NCBI GenBank assembly: GCA_964016885.1
Contig: OZ024741.1
Coordinates: 279,496,001-279,560,000 of the forward strand
Length of the DNA: 64,000 nucleotides
DNA from: Eledone cirrhosa
Lineage: Eukaryota
Reading direction: 5' to 3'
Shown here: one piece after another, positions 26,211 to 39,200 of the stretch
How positions within the stretch are numbered: the first letter of the stretch is position 1
Layout: each line of letters opens with the position of its first letter
Notes under the pieces: generated by a model
Seen by the model: only the letters and a program-made list of their open reading frames with translations
Database searches by the model: none
Told to the model about the DNA's origin: nothing
Program-made: the position numbers and the translations under genes

Positions 26211-26805
26211 AGAATTGCTTGCATCAAATAATTCCACACAGACTAAAGATCCAATTGTTTTGTTTCTTTGTTTTTTTTATAGCCAGCTGCCATTTTTAGT
26301 GGCAATATCAGAAGAGAGCAAGGAGTTATAGAAAAAGACCTCCCTCCAGAAAAAAGATAGTGTAGGTTGAAGGTCAAATACTGTCTACATGGAAGATGAA
26401 ATGAGGACACTAATGTGACATGCTTCATAAAACTATTTCTTCCTGAATAATGGGTGAACAGTGAATAATTTTTATTTACCTCATACTGTGTAAATGCGTG
26501 TGTGGCTGATAGGGGTGAAAGTGTGTGTGTGTGCGCACATGTCTATGTATGTGTATAAGTGTTTGTGTCTACAGACAACATGTTCAAAATGACCTAAATC
26601 TCTATTTTGTAACATAATCCAGTAGAGACACTGAAATAACTCACTAACACCTTATTTTATGATTTACTTTCCAGATAGGAGTTTAAGGGAAAAGAAAAAC
26701 TGTTTGCGTGATTGTGTGTGTCTATATGAGTGTCTGCATACAATTGCGTGTGTGTGTTAGCGTCTGCATGTGTGTATGCAATTGTGTGTGTGTTTTTAAT
26801 CCTAA

Positions 26806-27011
26806 CCCTTAATGTCCTGCACCACATAAAACCACATTAGCAAGATATTCTTGAAAAGTACAAAACAGTATCACATTAAAAATTAAAGTCTCTACATTAG
26901 TTTACTGCAAATTTTCTCAACAATCTGTCCACTAGTAAAGACATTATGAACATTTGAATTAACAAACCCACTTTTAGATATTTTCTAGTAATCCTTACAA
27001 GATGTTAAAGG
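26806..27011. mobile_element. piggyBac-like MITE, family P2
   Basis: CTAA|CCCTTAATGTCCTG...CAAGATGTTAAAGG|TTAA termini. Related copies at 9800-10188, 25257-25438 and about 41170-41480. Confidence 0.65.
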
Positions 27012-27243
27012 TTAATAATTTATTTTGATTTAACAAAGCCAATTTTGGTATGAAATGTTTATAGTTAAGTTAAATCCAGTATATTACTGAGAATTATTTT
27101 AATCCCAGGAGGAAGGCAAAAGACAAAGATTATATTCAAGTGAAATTTCAATGGAAAAGCTTACAGCACCAATTATATAGTCAGGTATTTTCTCTTGCAC
27201 CAATTAATCTGCCCAAATAATGATTTTCTGTTATACAGATGAT

Positions 27244-29572
27244 GACAGAGAAAACAGATATGAAGGGACCGGGAAAACAGATATGAAGGGACCGGGAAAA
27301 CAGATATGAAGGGACCGGGAAAACAGATATGAAGGGACAGGGAAAACAGATATGAAGGGACAGGGGAAACAGATATGAAGGGACAGGGAAAACAGATATG
27401 AAGGGACCGGGAAAACAGATATGAAGGGACCGGGAAAACAGATATGAAGGGACCGGGAAAACAGATATGAAGGGACAGGGAAAACAGATATGAAGGGACA
27501 GGGAAAACAGATATGAAGGGACAGGGAAAACAGATATGAAGGGACAGGGGAAACAGATATGAAGGGACAGGGAAAACATATGAAGGGACAGAGAAAACAG
27601 ATATGAAGGGACCGGGAAAACAGATATGAAGGGACAGGGAAAACATATGAAGGGACAGAGAAAACAGATATGAAGGGACAGAGAAAACAGATATGAAGGG
27701 ACAGAGAAAACAGATATGAAGGGACAGGGGAAACAGATATGAAGGGACAGGGAAAACAGATATGAAGGGACAGGGGAAACAGATATGAAGGGACAGGGAA
27801 AACAGATATGAAGGGACAGGGGAAACAGATATGAAGGGACAGGGGAAACAGATATGAAGGGACAGGGAAAACATATGAAGGGACAGAGAAAACAGATATG
27901 AAGGGACAGAGAAAACAGATATGAAGGGACCGGGAAAACAGATATGAAGGGACAGGGAAAACAGATATGAAGGGACAGGGAAAACAGATATGAAGGGACA
28001 GGGAAAACAGATATGAAGGGACAGGGGAAACAGATATGAAGGGACAGGGGAAACAGATATGAAGGGACAGGGAAAACAGATATGAAGGGACAGGGAAAAC
28101 AGATATGAAGGGACAGGGGAAACAGATATGAAGGGACAGGGAAAACATGAAGGGACAGAGAAAACAGATATGAAGGGACCGGGAAAACAGATATGAAGGG
28201 ACAGGGAAAACATATGAAGGGACAGAGAAAACAGATATGAAGGGACAGAGAAAACAGATATGAAGGGACAGAGAAAACAGATATGAAGGGACAGAGAAAA
28301 CAGATATGAAGGGACAGGGGAAACAGATATGAAGGGACAGGGAAAACAGATATGAAGGGACAGGGAAAACAGATATGAAGGGACAGGGAAAACAGATATG
28401 AAGGGACAGGGAAAACAGATATGAAGGGACAGGGAAAACAGATATGAAGGGACAGGGAAAACAGATATGAAGGGACAGGGAAAACATATGAAGGGACAGA
28501 GAAAACATATGAAGGGACCGGGAAAACAGATATGAAGGGACAGGGAAAACATATGAAGGGACAGAGAAAACAGATATGAAGGGACAGAGAAAACAGATAT
28601 GAAGGGACAGAGAAAACAGATATGAAGGGACAGAGAAAACAGATATGAAGGGACAGGGGAAACAGATATGAAGGGACAGGGAAAACAGATATGAAGGGAC
28701 AGGGAAAACAGATATGAAGGGACAGGGGAAACAGATATGAAGGGACAGGGAAAACAGATATGAAGGGACAGGGGAAACAGATATGAAGGGACAGGGGAAA
28801 CAGATATGAAGGGACAGGGAAAACATATGAAGGGACAGAGAAAACAGATATGAAGGGACAGAGAAAACAGATATGAAGGGACCGGGAAAACAGATATGAA
28901 GGGACAGGGAAAACAGATATGAAGGGACAGGGAAAACAGATATGAAGGGACAGGGGAAACAGATATGAAGGGACAGGGGAAACAGATATGAAGGGACAGG
29001 GAAAACAGATATGAAGGGACAGGGAAAACATATGAAGGGACAGAGAAAACAGATATGAAGGGACAGAGAAAACAGATATGAAGGGACAGAGAAAACAGAT
29101 ATGAAGGGACAGAGAAAACAGATATGAAGGGACAGGGAAAACATATGAAGGGACAGAGAAAACAGATATGAAGGGACAGAGTAAACAGATATGAAGGGAC
29201 AGAGAAAACAGATATGAAGGGACAGAGAAAACAGATATGAAGGGACAGGGGAAACAGATATGAAGGGACAGGGAAAACAGATATGAAGGGACAGAGAAAA
29301 CAGATATGAAGGGACAGAGAAAACAGATATGAAGGGACAGGGGAAACAGATATGAAGGGACAGGGAAAACAGATATGAAGGGACAGGGAAAACATATGAA
29401 GGGACAGAGAAAACAGATATGAAGGGACAGAGAAAACAGATATGAAGGGACAGAGAAAACATATGTAGGGACAGAGAAAACAGATATGAAGGGACAGAGT
29501 AAACAGATATGAAGGGACAGAGAAAACAGATATGAAGGGACAGAGAAAACATATGAAGGGACAGAGAAAACA
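27244..29572. repeat. 23-bp purine-rich minisatellite, about 100 copies
   Basis: Unit AAAACAGATATGAAGGGACAGGG with variants (ACCGGG, ACAGAG, ACAGGGG, and a 21-bp unit lacking GA). No spacers. Confidence 0.99.
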
Positions 29573-29703
29573 AAAATGTTCTGACATCTATACTATTTAA
29601 ATGAGTGTTAGCAAAGTGAAACTTTTCCAGTCAATAGTTCAGAGCAAGTCACAGGCTACATTGATACATAAAAACTCTGCTGAAGTAGACATAGCTGTAA
29701 AGT

Positions 29704-29941
29704 CCACTTCACAAACACACTGTTCAAGGTTTGATTGCAATAGTTCACTTCACAAACATACTGTTCAAGATTTGATCTCAGAATCTTACTTCACAAACAC
29801 ACTGTTCAAGGATTGATCCCAGAAGTTCACTTCACAAATACACTGTTCAAAGTTTGACCCATTAGTTCACTTCACAAACACACTGTTGAAGGTTTGATCC
29901 CAGAACTTCACTTCACAAATACATTGTTCAAGGTTTAATCC
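29704..29941. repeat. About 40-bp minisatellite, about 6 copies
   Basis: CACTTCACAAAYACACTGTTCAAGGTTTGATCCCAGAAGTT-like units. Confidence 0.9.
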
Positions 29942-30331
29942 AACCGTGTGGCAGTTTCAGCAAGTATCTTCTTTTCTAGTTAACCAATACCTTGTGAATG
30001 GAATTTAGTAGATGGCATGTGTGCAGAAGCCCCTCATATAAATGAGTGTGTGTGTGTGTGTGTTCCATAGCTTAGTAGTATGATAGATAGGGATTGATAA
30101 ATTAAACACTTGACTGAAATAAGTAGTGAGATTCAAAACAATTGACTAAATTACTTGGGGGCAGAACTCCAACATGGCAATAGTCCAATGGCAGAAACTA
30201 GTAAAGGAATACAGAAATATAAAAAGCTTTTTTTTTTTTTGTTTAGGCTATACTATATAGAAATTTAAATAGAACTTTCTAACAATTGTCTTCAATTGAC
30301 ATAGCAGCTGATGTGTATGTACTTATGGATG

Positions 30332-30413
<82 letters not shown>

Positions 30414-33400
30414 GAGCTTTTTAAGCAATGGCAAGGAAGCAAATCACATAAATACATGCAAATATATGGATGAGCACAGATGGAGAGATATACACACTGT
30501 GTTTTTATAAATAAGGGTGGTGGTTGTGGCAGCATTAAAGGCTTCAGTCCTCAACCACTATATAACTGTGTGTATGTGTGTGTGTTTAAAAATGTAATTG
30601 TTTGTAGCGGGTTAGTAAAAAATATATATTTACTGGAACATGAGTTTTTAGTGGAATGAAGGATATGTCAGTGCCAAAATACAGCATAAGTCACATGAAT
30701 TTTGGTTGAGGAAGGGGGTTGTTTTCAGTTTTCCATTTCTTTTTATAGATCCATGACTACACATTAAAGAACTGACTTAAAAAGGCTGTGAGAAGAGGGA
30801 GAGAGGGTCTCACACCACTACCCATCAAACAGCTTTTCATGGCAATCATCACATACAGTTCTTTTCCTTCCACACAGATCACAAAACTACTCCAACTCTT
30901 TTCTCCCATATGAAGAGCCCTTTTCCTCCACCTCACCCCCACTAAGCTCACAATTATCAGTGCCCCCCCCCCCCCCCCCTTCACTACTATCACCACAAGT
31001 GGCTATGCTATGTTCACCACTACAACAGTCACCGCCACCACCATATTATAGGTTGCCTTTTCTTTCTCCATGTCTTTAATTTCAAATTACTCAAGTTTAC
31101 TAATTTGGAGGTGTTGGGCTGGGGGTTATCTTTCTTCTTAAAAAGCAATGAAGTATTGGTTTGTACAAGACTAATAATTAGCCATCAGCCACAACCACCG
31201 TTCAAGAAACAACTACAGCTATAATTGAATTAAAGTTTTTTGTGTATTTCTACTATCTCTCTCTATTATTACATACACACAGTTCTCTCTCTCCCTCTAT
31301 CTCTCCACATATACGCAGTTCCCCTATCTATCTATCTACATATACGCAGTTCCCCTATCTATCTATCTACATATACACAGTTCCCCTATCTCTCTCTACA
31401 TACACACTATATACACAAACATCTTTTCTCACTCTCCACTGCCACACACTCATCCTCCCTCCATACAAACATTCTCTCTCTAAGATCCTTTGAGACTTTA
31501 CAACATCATTCATTCATCAATGTAAAACTAGTAGCAGTCATCTTTACTCTTTCTATTTTACATCATACATTCATGAACAATATTGTTGAGGGTTACAGGT
31601 ATTCAACTGACAACAAACGATGTCTTCCTCTAGTTCTCACACACATATTACACACAAAAGTTATCAGTTATATATATATATATATATACATACATGAATG
31701 TGTGCGTGTGTGTGTGTGTGCATACAAGAAGAGAGAGATTAGAGAGTATCTGAGCAACTTAGATGGGCTAAATACCACAAGGTATTTTTGTTCTACATAG
31801 TTTCTTGCTAACGTGTGTGTGTGTGTATATACATATAATATAAATATATATATACTGTATATATATAATGCAACACACAGGTTTCTGCCAACCCAAAGCT
31901 ATTCTAGAAGGCACTTACCCAAGGTGTTCTATATCCAACACACAGCATGCTTCTGCCAACCCAAAGCTATTAGAGAGGGAACTTACTTACCCCATTCTTC
32001 TAGCATGTCTCCACCCACTCCCACCACTAAACTCCACCCCAACTCCAATGGGTCATGTGCAGAAATAATACTAATAAATTTAATTCTCTATCTAGAGTTG
32101 AGGGATGGGAGAGGAAGTGTTAATTATTTAGAATAAATAAAAATACAGAGAGAGTTTAATCATTTATTTAGTTTTACATCCATTTTTCTGCAATAGAATT
32201 GCTTGCATCAAATAATTCCACAAAGACTAAAGATCCAATTGTTTTGTTTGTTTTATAGCCAGCTGCCATTTTTGGTGGCAATTTCAGAAGATGGGTTTGT
32301 TATTTCTCAGTTTAAAATAACATTGGGGAAAATACAGCAATGAGTTTAACAGTTTATTAAAAAAAAGAAAAGAATCTTTAAAGAAATAAAATAAAATAAA
32401 ATATAATACATTTTTTCTAAGCTAAAATCTATTCAATGCTCCTTATTGAAATATAAGTACACTCAGACCTCATTGTTGGACAATTAACTAACACACATAC
32501 ACACACGCACACAGTGTGTGCGCGTGTGCACGCCTGTGGTTTTATTCATTCTAAGAAGTAATTTCATAAATTCTATTACTACTCAAACAATATTGAAGTC
32601 AATGTTTTGTTTACATATCTAAAGATAATAATAACAACAATGACAATACTAATAATAGAATTGTTTTTTCCCACTTATTGAAAAATAGTGTACAAATAGG
32701 TCTAGCCCTGTTAATTATATACCTTCATCATTATTGCTACGCAACGCTTAGTGATATGTGAACCATGAATGAATGAATCTTTTTTTTTTTTTTTTTCCTT
32801 AACATAAACAGTTGTACACATCTCAAAAGCCCTGCATGAGAATAATTTGTTGGAAATTATATTTTCTTATACAGAATAAGGGAAGGTGGTAAATTGGCAG
32901 TCTTAGTAAGTTGGGTTAAAAATACCTTGGTATTTGTTCCGACTCACTGCATGATGAGTTCAAATCCAACCAGAGTCAACTTTGCATTTCGTCCTTTTTG
33001 AGGTCAATAAGTACCAGTCTAATAGTGGGGTTGATTCTTTCTCTTTATTTCTTTGGAAGGACTCAGCTGTGTTCAGACCTGGAGTGAGATGAACTCCACC
33101 AAGTTTAAAATGCCTAAGGAGTTAAGGGCTCTTTATATTACCTACAGGATGATGGCACTGAGAAATCAAGTTTCTTTGAATCATGTGACGCTTAGTCCAT
33201 AGACTTATGATACCAAACAGCCTGAAACCACCCTGGATTTATAATGTGAAACTGGTTATTTCATCATAATTTTATTTTAGAAAATTTTCTAAGTGGGTTA
33301 CTAATAAAAAAAAATATATATATATATTTTATTAAATTGCCACTAATTTTTGGTTAATGTCAAAATTAATTTAGACACATAGGTAGTGTATTAGAAATAC

Positions 33401-33702
33401 AGTAATGAAAAAGTTAATGTCAACTTGTTTCTGCTTCCTAAGCTAGCATGGGTTGTAATAGTCTGAGTCAGTTCGTATTCAGAGTTACTGCCCTCTTTTT
33501 AGAGACTACATCATGTTTACGTGATCATTCTTGGTATGGTTTCTTCATCTAAATGCTCTTCCTGACACCACCTACTTTAAGTGTAGTGGGTCCATTTTAT
33601 CATAGCAGCAACACTAAAAGCTTTTTATAAAAAATGATGTTGGAAGATACTATTTTACTTTAAACGGGTGGTTTTGTTTCAGGGAACCAGAGGTGGTTTT
33701 AA

Positions 33703-33909
33703 CCCTTTAGCATTTAAACCGGCCGTGTCCAGCAAGAATTCTCTCACCTCTTTCTGTTCAAACCAGCTGTAACCAGCCACTCATACTGGTGTTAAGATAT
33801 TGGATATTGTCCTCAAAATAAATAATATCATAGATTCGATATTATGTGAGGTAAAGCCTTTGTCACAAAAATACAATAGCAAATATGGAGTAATGTGAAT
33901 GCTAAAGGG
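33703..33909. mobile_element. piggyBac-like MITE, family P1
   Basis: TTAA TSD (33699-33702 and 33910-33913), TIR CCCTTTAGCATT/AATGCTAAAGGG. Reverse-oriented homolog at 47501-47716. Confidence 0.85.
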
Positions 33910-33964
33910 TTAAGCAGGTTGCTACCAAAGGGAATATGTTGAGATTGATATTATAAATGAATGC

Positions 33965-34310
33965 TCAACTGAGCTCCTGAAAAGACTGCTGATTGAGGAC
34001 CTCTAAGATGTGATTCACACGAGATGCATGCGCTGGTACGGCCATATCAAGCGTAGTGAGGGCTAGATCAACAAAGTGATGAATGTCGATCCAGGAGGCA
34101 GTAGAGGCCCAGGAAGACCAAAAAGGACTTGGATGGAGGATGTCCATTGGGATCAAGCTAGGCTTGGCCTGGCCCAAATGAGACCAGTGGACAGAAACAC
34201 ATGGAACAGGACGTTAAGGAGTGCTGTCAAGCAGGACCCACTCCTACTTAGGGATTAATTGTGTTCTGCATAATAATATTTAAAAAAAAAAAAAAACTGG
34301 ATGATGATGA
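33965..34310 (+). mobile_element. RTE-clade LINE 3' fragment
   Basis: RWYGHIKR...VDPGGSRGPGRPKRTWMEDV...DRNTW, ending GATGATGATG. Confidence 0.75.
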
Positions 34311-35489
34311 ATGTCATATTTGAAAGGTTTCATACTTTCTATGTCAAAATCGTTAGAATGCAACATTTCCAGTCACTAAATATTTCCACTCACTAAATTC
34401 TAATTATTTAGAAAATTTCAAGTAAATTTCAAAGTAACTTTAAAATCTCCCTAATCCTGATGGATTCGTAGAGGCAACATAAAGCGTGTTTTGGCAGTTT
34501 AAACCTGGCGAAGCCCACCCCCTCCTCATGTCTGAACACAACTGATTTCTGAGAGTGAGAGAGAGACACACACAACCCCACTACTGGACTGGTACTTTTT
34601 TGTTAACAGCCTCGAAAATATGAAAGGTAAAGTTGACCATGGCAGGATTTGAACTCAGAGTGCCAAGACAAATACCGCAATGCATTCTATCTGATATTCT
34701 AATAATTCTGCCAATTTGCCACTTGAATGTTACTTACAGCTCAGTCGCTAAATTATTAATTTTTTTTTTTTTATAAAGTTAAATTCTATGACCAGTTAAG
34801 ATACTAAAACTATTCATAGAAAATTTAAAATACACTTTAAATTTTTTTTTTTTCTTTTCTTAAATGTGTTTGATAATAGCAGCCAGTAGACATGAAGAAA
34901 ATAGTATGAAAAGAGAAGCTAATCACAGAATAATACACACATAAATGAATATTATTTATAGAGTGGTGCAAATGTGTAAAGCTAGAAAAGCTGGCTAGAC
35001 AAAAGTTATGGAAAGACAATAGACTGCAGCTCTCATTGTGAGTATATATATATAGGGGGGGGGGGGGGGGGGGATACACCTAAGTATGTGTACATACCTA
35101 TGAAGGTGTGTACATGTGTGTTTATAGATGGGTGTGTGGCTGTGTACACATTCATTTGTTTATATATATATGTATGTACATTTCCTTTATCTTCTTGGTT
35201 GGAGTTTTAAAGTTTGATTTCACCAGTGATGGGATTGGTGGCAAGGTTGTAAAAAGAAGTTGTTTCGTGTTTGTTTGTTTGTTGTTTTTTTTAAGAAAAA
35301 AAGGGGTTTTGTTCTCTTCATCTTTTGTGCAAACATTCACCCTTTGAATGCTAAGATCTTGGAAATTTTTATTTTCTCAGATAGCGTGGTGATTTGTAAC
35401 ATACAAATTATGGAGATATATTCTTTCTACAAAATCTAATTTCTGCCATTCTTTGAACTAGACAGGTTGGTACCTGCTGCTTACACACA

Positions 35490-35766
35490 CAGTGGAAGCT
35501 CAGTTCATGAACGCCTCTCAACATGAACAAATCGATTCACAAATGGTGTCTTAAGTAACAAACATGCAAGCCAGCAACAACAGTCGGCAACAAGCTTGCA
35601 GTATCAACAGGAAACCATCATTTGCAGTGGAGTTAGTTACTATGGTGATATCTATTCTGTCTTTCACATACAGTATCTCTCTCTCTCAACATTTCATATG
35701 GAAAAAAATAGTTTTGGTTTATAAAATTTCGGGAATGAATTAAGTTTGTGAACCGAGGTTCCACTG
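35490..35766. mobile_element. Tigger/pogo-like MITE
   Basis: TIRs CAGTGGAAGCTCAGTTCATGAAC and GTTTGTGAACCGAGGTTCCACTG; 277 bp. Confidence 0.8.
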
Positions 35767-36150
35767 TGTGTGTTTAGCTGCTATTTCCAGCATCAATATA
35801 AGCCCGTCATATTGTCCTAATACATTGAGTAGGAAATATTCATACAGTAATTCAGCATTGCAAAACGTTGTTTCACCATGCAGTCTACATGGTATATATG
35901 ATATATATTCAACTTGTCCCCTAGGTGCCATAGGCGGAATATATTCATATAGTAACTCAACGATACAATACCTTGTTCACCATATGGTCTAACAAAGAAA
36001 TGGTATGTATGATATATTTTCAACTTCTCTTAGACTCCTATATGAACGAGACACGGTCACCCGACCAAACTTGCCTCTAAATGGAACAAACCCACCTAAC
36101 ACATGCTAGCATGGAAGATAGACGTTAATCAATGATGATGATGAATTCAG

Positions 36151-36247
36151 CTCCCGATGAAGAAACTTCAATTCTTCCAATATTGGTTATTCCAATGTCC
36201 TTGAATTCCGGATGTTGCATCTTGAGTTTCAGAAACCATGGTCAGAG
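36151..36247 (+). ncRNA. Degenerate minimal hammerhead-ribozyme-like motif (Penelope-type)
   Basis: CCGATGA (core CUGAUGA with one change), stem II AGAAACTTCAA/TTGAGTTTC, GAAA, palindromic ACCATGGT stem III, GTC site, CTC/GAG stem I. Confidence 0.4.
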
Positions 36248-39200
36248 TATTATATAAGCTGACTTTCTTTAGTCAATTTGGCTTATATCACCCCAATATA
36301 TTTTGGCTTACATTTGATATATTTTAATACTTCTCTAAGTGGATAATTTATTAATATATCTTATCCTTTCAGATATTTACAAATTAGAGACAGTTAACTT
36401 TATAGAATTATAAACACACACACACAATGTGTGTTTCTGTTCTGTGTGTTCAGGAAAATTGTGGGACAAAAGCAATGCCCCTCTAGCAGGGCCCCAATGA
36501 TGCTAATGAATCCCCAAAAATGTAATTATTAATTTTCTAGCTTTGAGACAAAAGTAATGCTTCTGTGGAGCATACGCCTGAATATTTCACACCCACAAGC
36601 TTGTGTATGTATATTTACATATACATACATATTTATATATACATATAATACATATAATATATATATATATGTGTGTGTGTATGTATGTATATATATAATT
36701 TTTTTAAATGACAAACACAGAGATACAAAATCAATTAGTCTTAGTTTGACATACCAGACGTTACTCCTTCATCTGGAGTACAAGCGTTCAGAGGTTTTAT
36801 ACATTTTATACACACACACACAAACAAACACAACCAAAACAGTACTTTGAAGACAGGATTTGCAGACTTCTTACCAATGGTCCACAGAGGTCTTTTTAAT
36901 TGTATTTTTCTATCTGACTTCCACAAGAAAGAATGGTCTTTTTTTATTTTGTGGATACACACAACAATATCAGATTCTGCCTCAATTTTGTTATTAATGT
37001 TCACTAGTTACTACTTTCATGGAAAAGTAGTAATTAGAAGACATTCTCTCAAGGTTGGCAGTGGTGTGGCTAACATCTTCATTTCAGTTTTGCACAGCCT
37101 ACATTTGTTGTCAGATGATGCATTCAAGCTTTTATGTAGAGAAGTCTGAATGAAAATTTTGGTTAGGAAATTGAAAATTTCAACAATTTGTTTGAACTAT
37201 AAAGTTATTTATTTAATAAACTTGTGCCAATTTTGAAGAATTGCCAACTATCACAGGATTCCAAAACACAAAGCGAGATGGAAAAATTGCTTTAAATTAA
37301 GGTCATGATTTATGAGTTTGTAAGCTATGATAGGTGATGCATTATGCTAGAACTAGGCAGCTTACACAGTCTACTTGGCTTAGAAAATACAAATTTATTA
37401 GTGGAAAACCAAATTCTAGAGATAATTGGTCAATATTTTAGGTATCTTAAGAGCCCTCTGTTCAAATGCTGCCAGAGCTATCTACACCAGAATGAAAACA
37501 ATGGCAAACTTCCTTTATATTCAGCTCAGAAATTCTACTAGCAAATAAAGAACACACAAAGATGATAAAGTATAAAGAGATTTCCTTAAAAGCTGTTTAT
37601 GTCTAAACAGTACACAGACAGCCACAAATAAACGCTTTCACTATTTTCTCTTGATTATTAAAAGAATCAAAAAGTAAGCCTCAATCACTATTTATGGCTA
37701 ACGACCAACTTCTAAGCAATCTACTTGAACCAGTTTTTACTTCCACGTCAGAATTAATAAGCTTCATATCTCAAACTTCCAACCTAACATCAAAAAACCC
37801 TTACACAAATATTGTGTATCTAACACTAACCAATACTTCAATTAATTAATTCTTAGTAGCTATACTATCTACTCATCAATGCATTGATTCTAAACCGAAC
37901 ATCATTAGCATCCACAAGCTATACAAGAGAGCCTTGATGTGGTCACTTGAACTGCTACAAACAGTCGCCAACTACCCTCAAATCATACCCCATTATTTTA
38001 AGTGGTAGAACACATACATATTGGATGGTCATGGCAGGAATGTAGTGATTCAAAGAAAAACATCATCAAGGGTGCTTTATTTCTCTAGTTCGGTGGTTCT
38101 TAACTTTGTTGTATAACTATTCCACCATAACATCAACAAATTTGATGCTATCAATATAAATTTGATTCCTGTTAAAAAGATACAATGAATAACTTAGAAA
38201 AAAGTCGCCTCTCCCCTATCACCACCAAAAAATAATTTGAATTGTTGTCCTGATGGGTGTGCACTCCAATTTCAGAATCAATACTATAGCCCATGGGAAG
38301 AATTCACATTCAGCATAAGTTTGTTTGAAATGATTGGAATGGAATGACCCTCTTTCGGTTTCGACAATAAATATTCCCGTTGTTAAATCAACGAAACAGC
38401 CTGTTCATGAAATTAACATGTAAGTGGCTGAGCATTCCATAGACATGGGTATCATTATTGTAATTCTCAATGAGATTCAGCATTACAAAGTATGCGAGAA
38501 GGCTGTCTCTTTGAATTAGAGTTACAGACTAACTGACAATATTCCAAACAGTTTCTGTCTACCCAATTTCACTCATAAGACACAGATTGCCCTTAGGCTA
38601 TGGTAAATGACACCTGTCCAAAATATCATATTTTAGGAATCAAACCTAGGACTTTACAATTGTGAAGTGATCCTAACCATTTGGCACACTGTGTCCAGAT
38701 GAAATGAGTAGTATTTCACTTGAAATGTCCTCAACCTATTCCAAAGGATTTGAATGGCAGTGCGAGACCTAGTGGTAAGGGTATTGGACTTATGATCATA
38801 ATGTCATGGGTTTGATTTCTGACTGGGTTGTTCCAATATACTCAGCTGAAAATGAGTACCAACAACAGCTCGGGGTTTAACTGTGCGATGGACTGGTGTC
38901 TTGTCCAGGGGGTAGTCTTATACTTTCAGTCGCTTCATGCTACGGAAACTGGGATGAGCCCTGGCCTGATGAGCCTCTGGGGTTGAGACAGACTTTAGAC
39001 TTTTTTATATTCTATAAAGAAAAAGAAAATATCTTCCCTTTATAAAGCCTAACTGCTGCTATGGCTTGGAGAAAATAGACATTTCCCAACATTTGACACA
39101 CTTATCAGTCTCCAAAAACCAGCAGAGGGCACACCAAACCCTTAAAAAGCCAAATACACTGTCTTCAGTAATACAGTAATGCTCATAATATAAAACTTCC

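Noticed and set aside
27244-29572. Possible CRISPR array
   Set aside because: The units are contiguous with no unique spacers, there are no cas genes, and the context is eukaryotic.
27173-29587. Three long minus-strand ORFs (616-804 aa)
   Set aside because: They are translations of the 23-bp minisatellite, whose minus strand simply lacks stop codons. There is no domain structure or splice evidence.
31240-31800. 186-aa ORF (and the 206-aa ORF at 53517-54137)
   Set aside because: They are composed of low-complexity tandem repeats or antisense RTE fragments, with no recognisable domain or splice-supported exon.
35705-35745. Minus-strand peptide NSFPKFYKPK resembling the LST2 first exon
   Set aside because: No ATG and no GT donor after KPK, the conserved Trp is absent, and it lies inside the Tigger-like MITE at 35490-35766.
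38940-38995. CTGATGA at about 38967 as a hammerhead core
   Set aside because: No downstream GAAA/NUH arrangement or supporting stems. It is part of an ordinary SINE 3' region.
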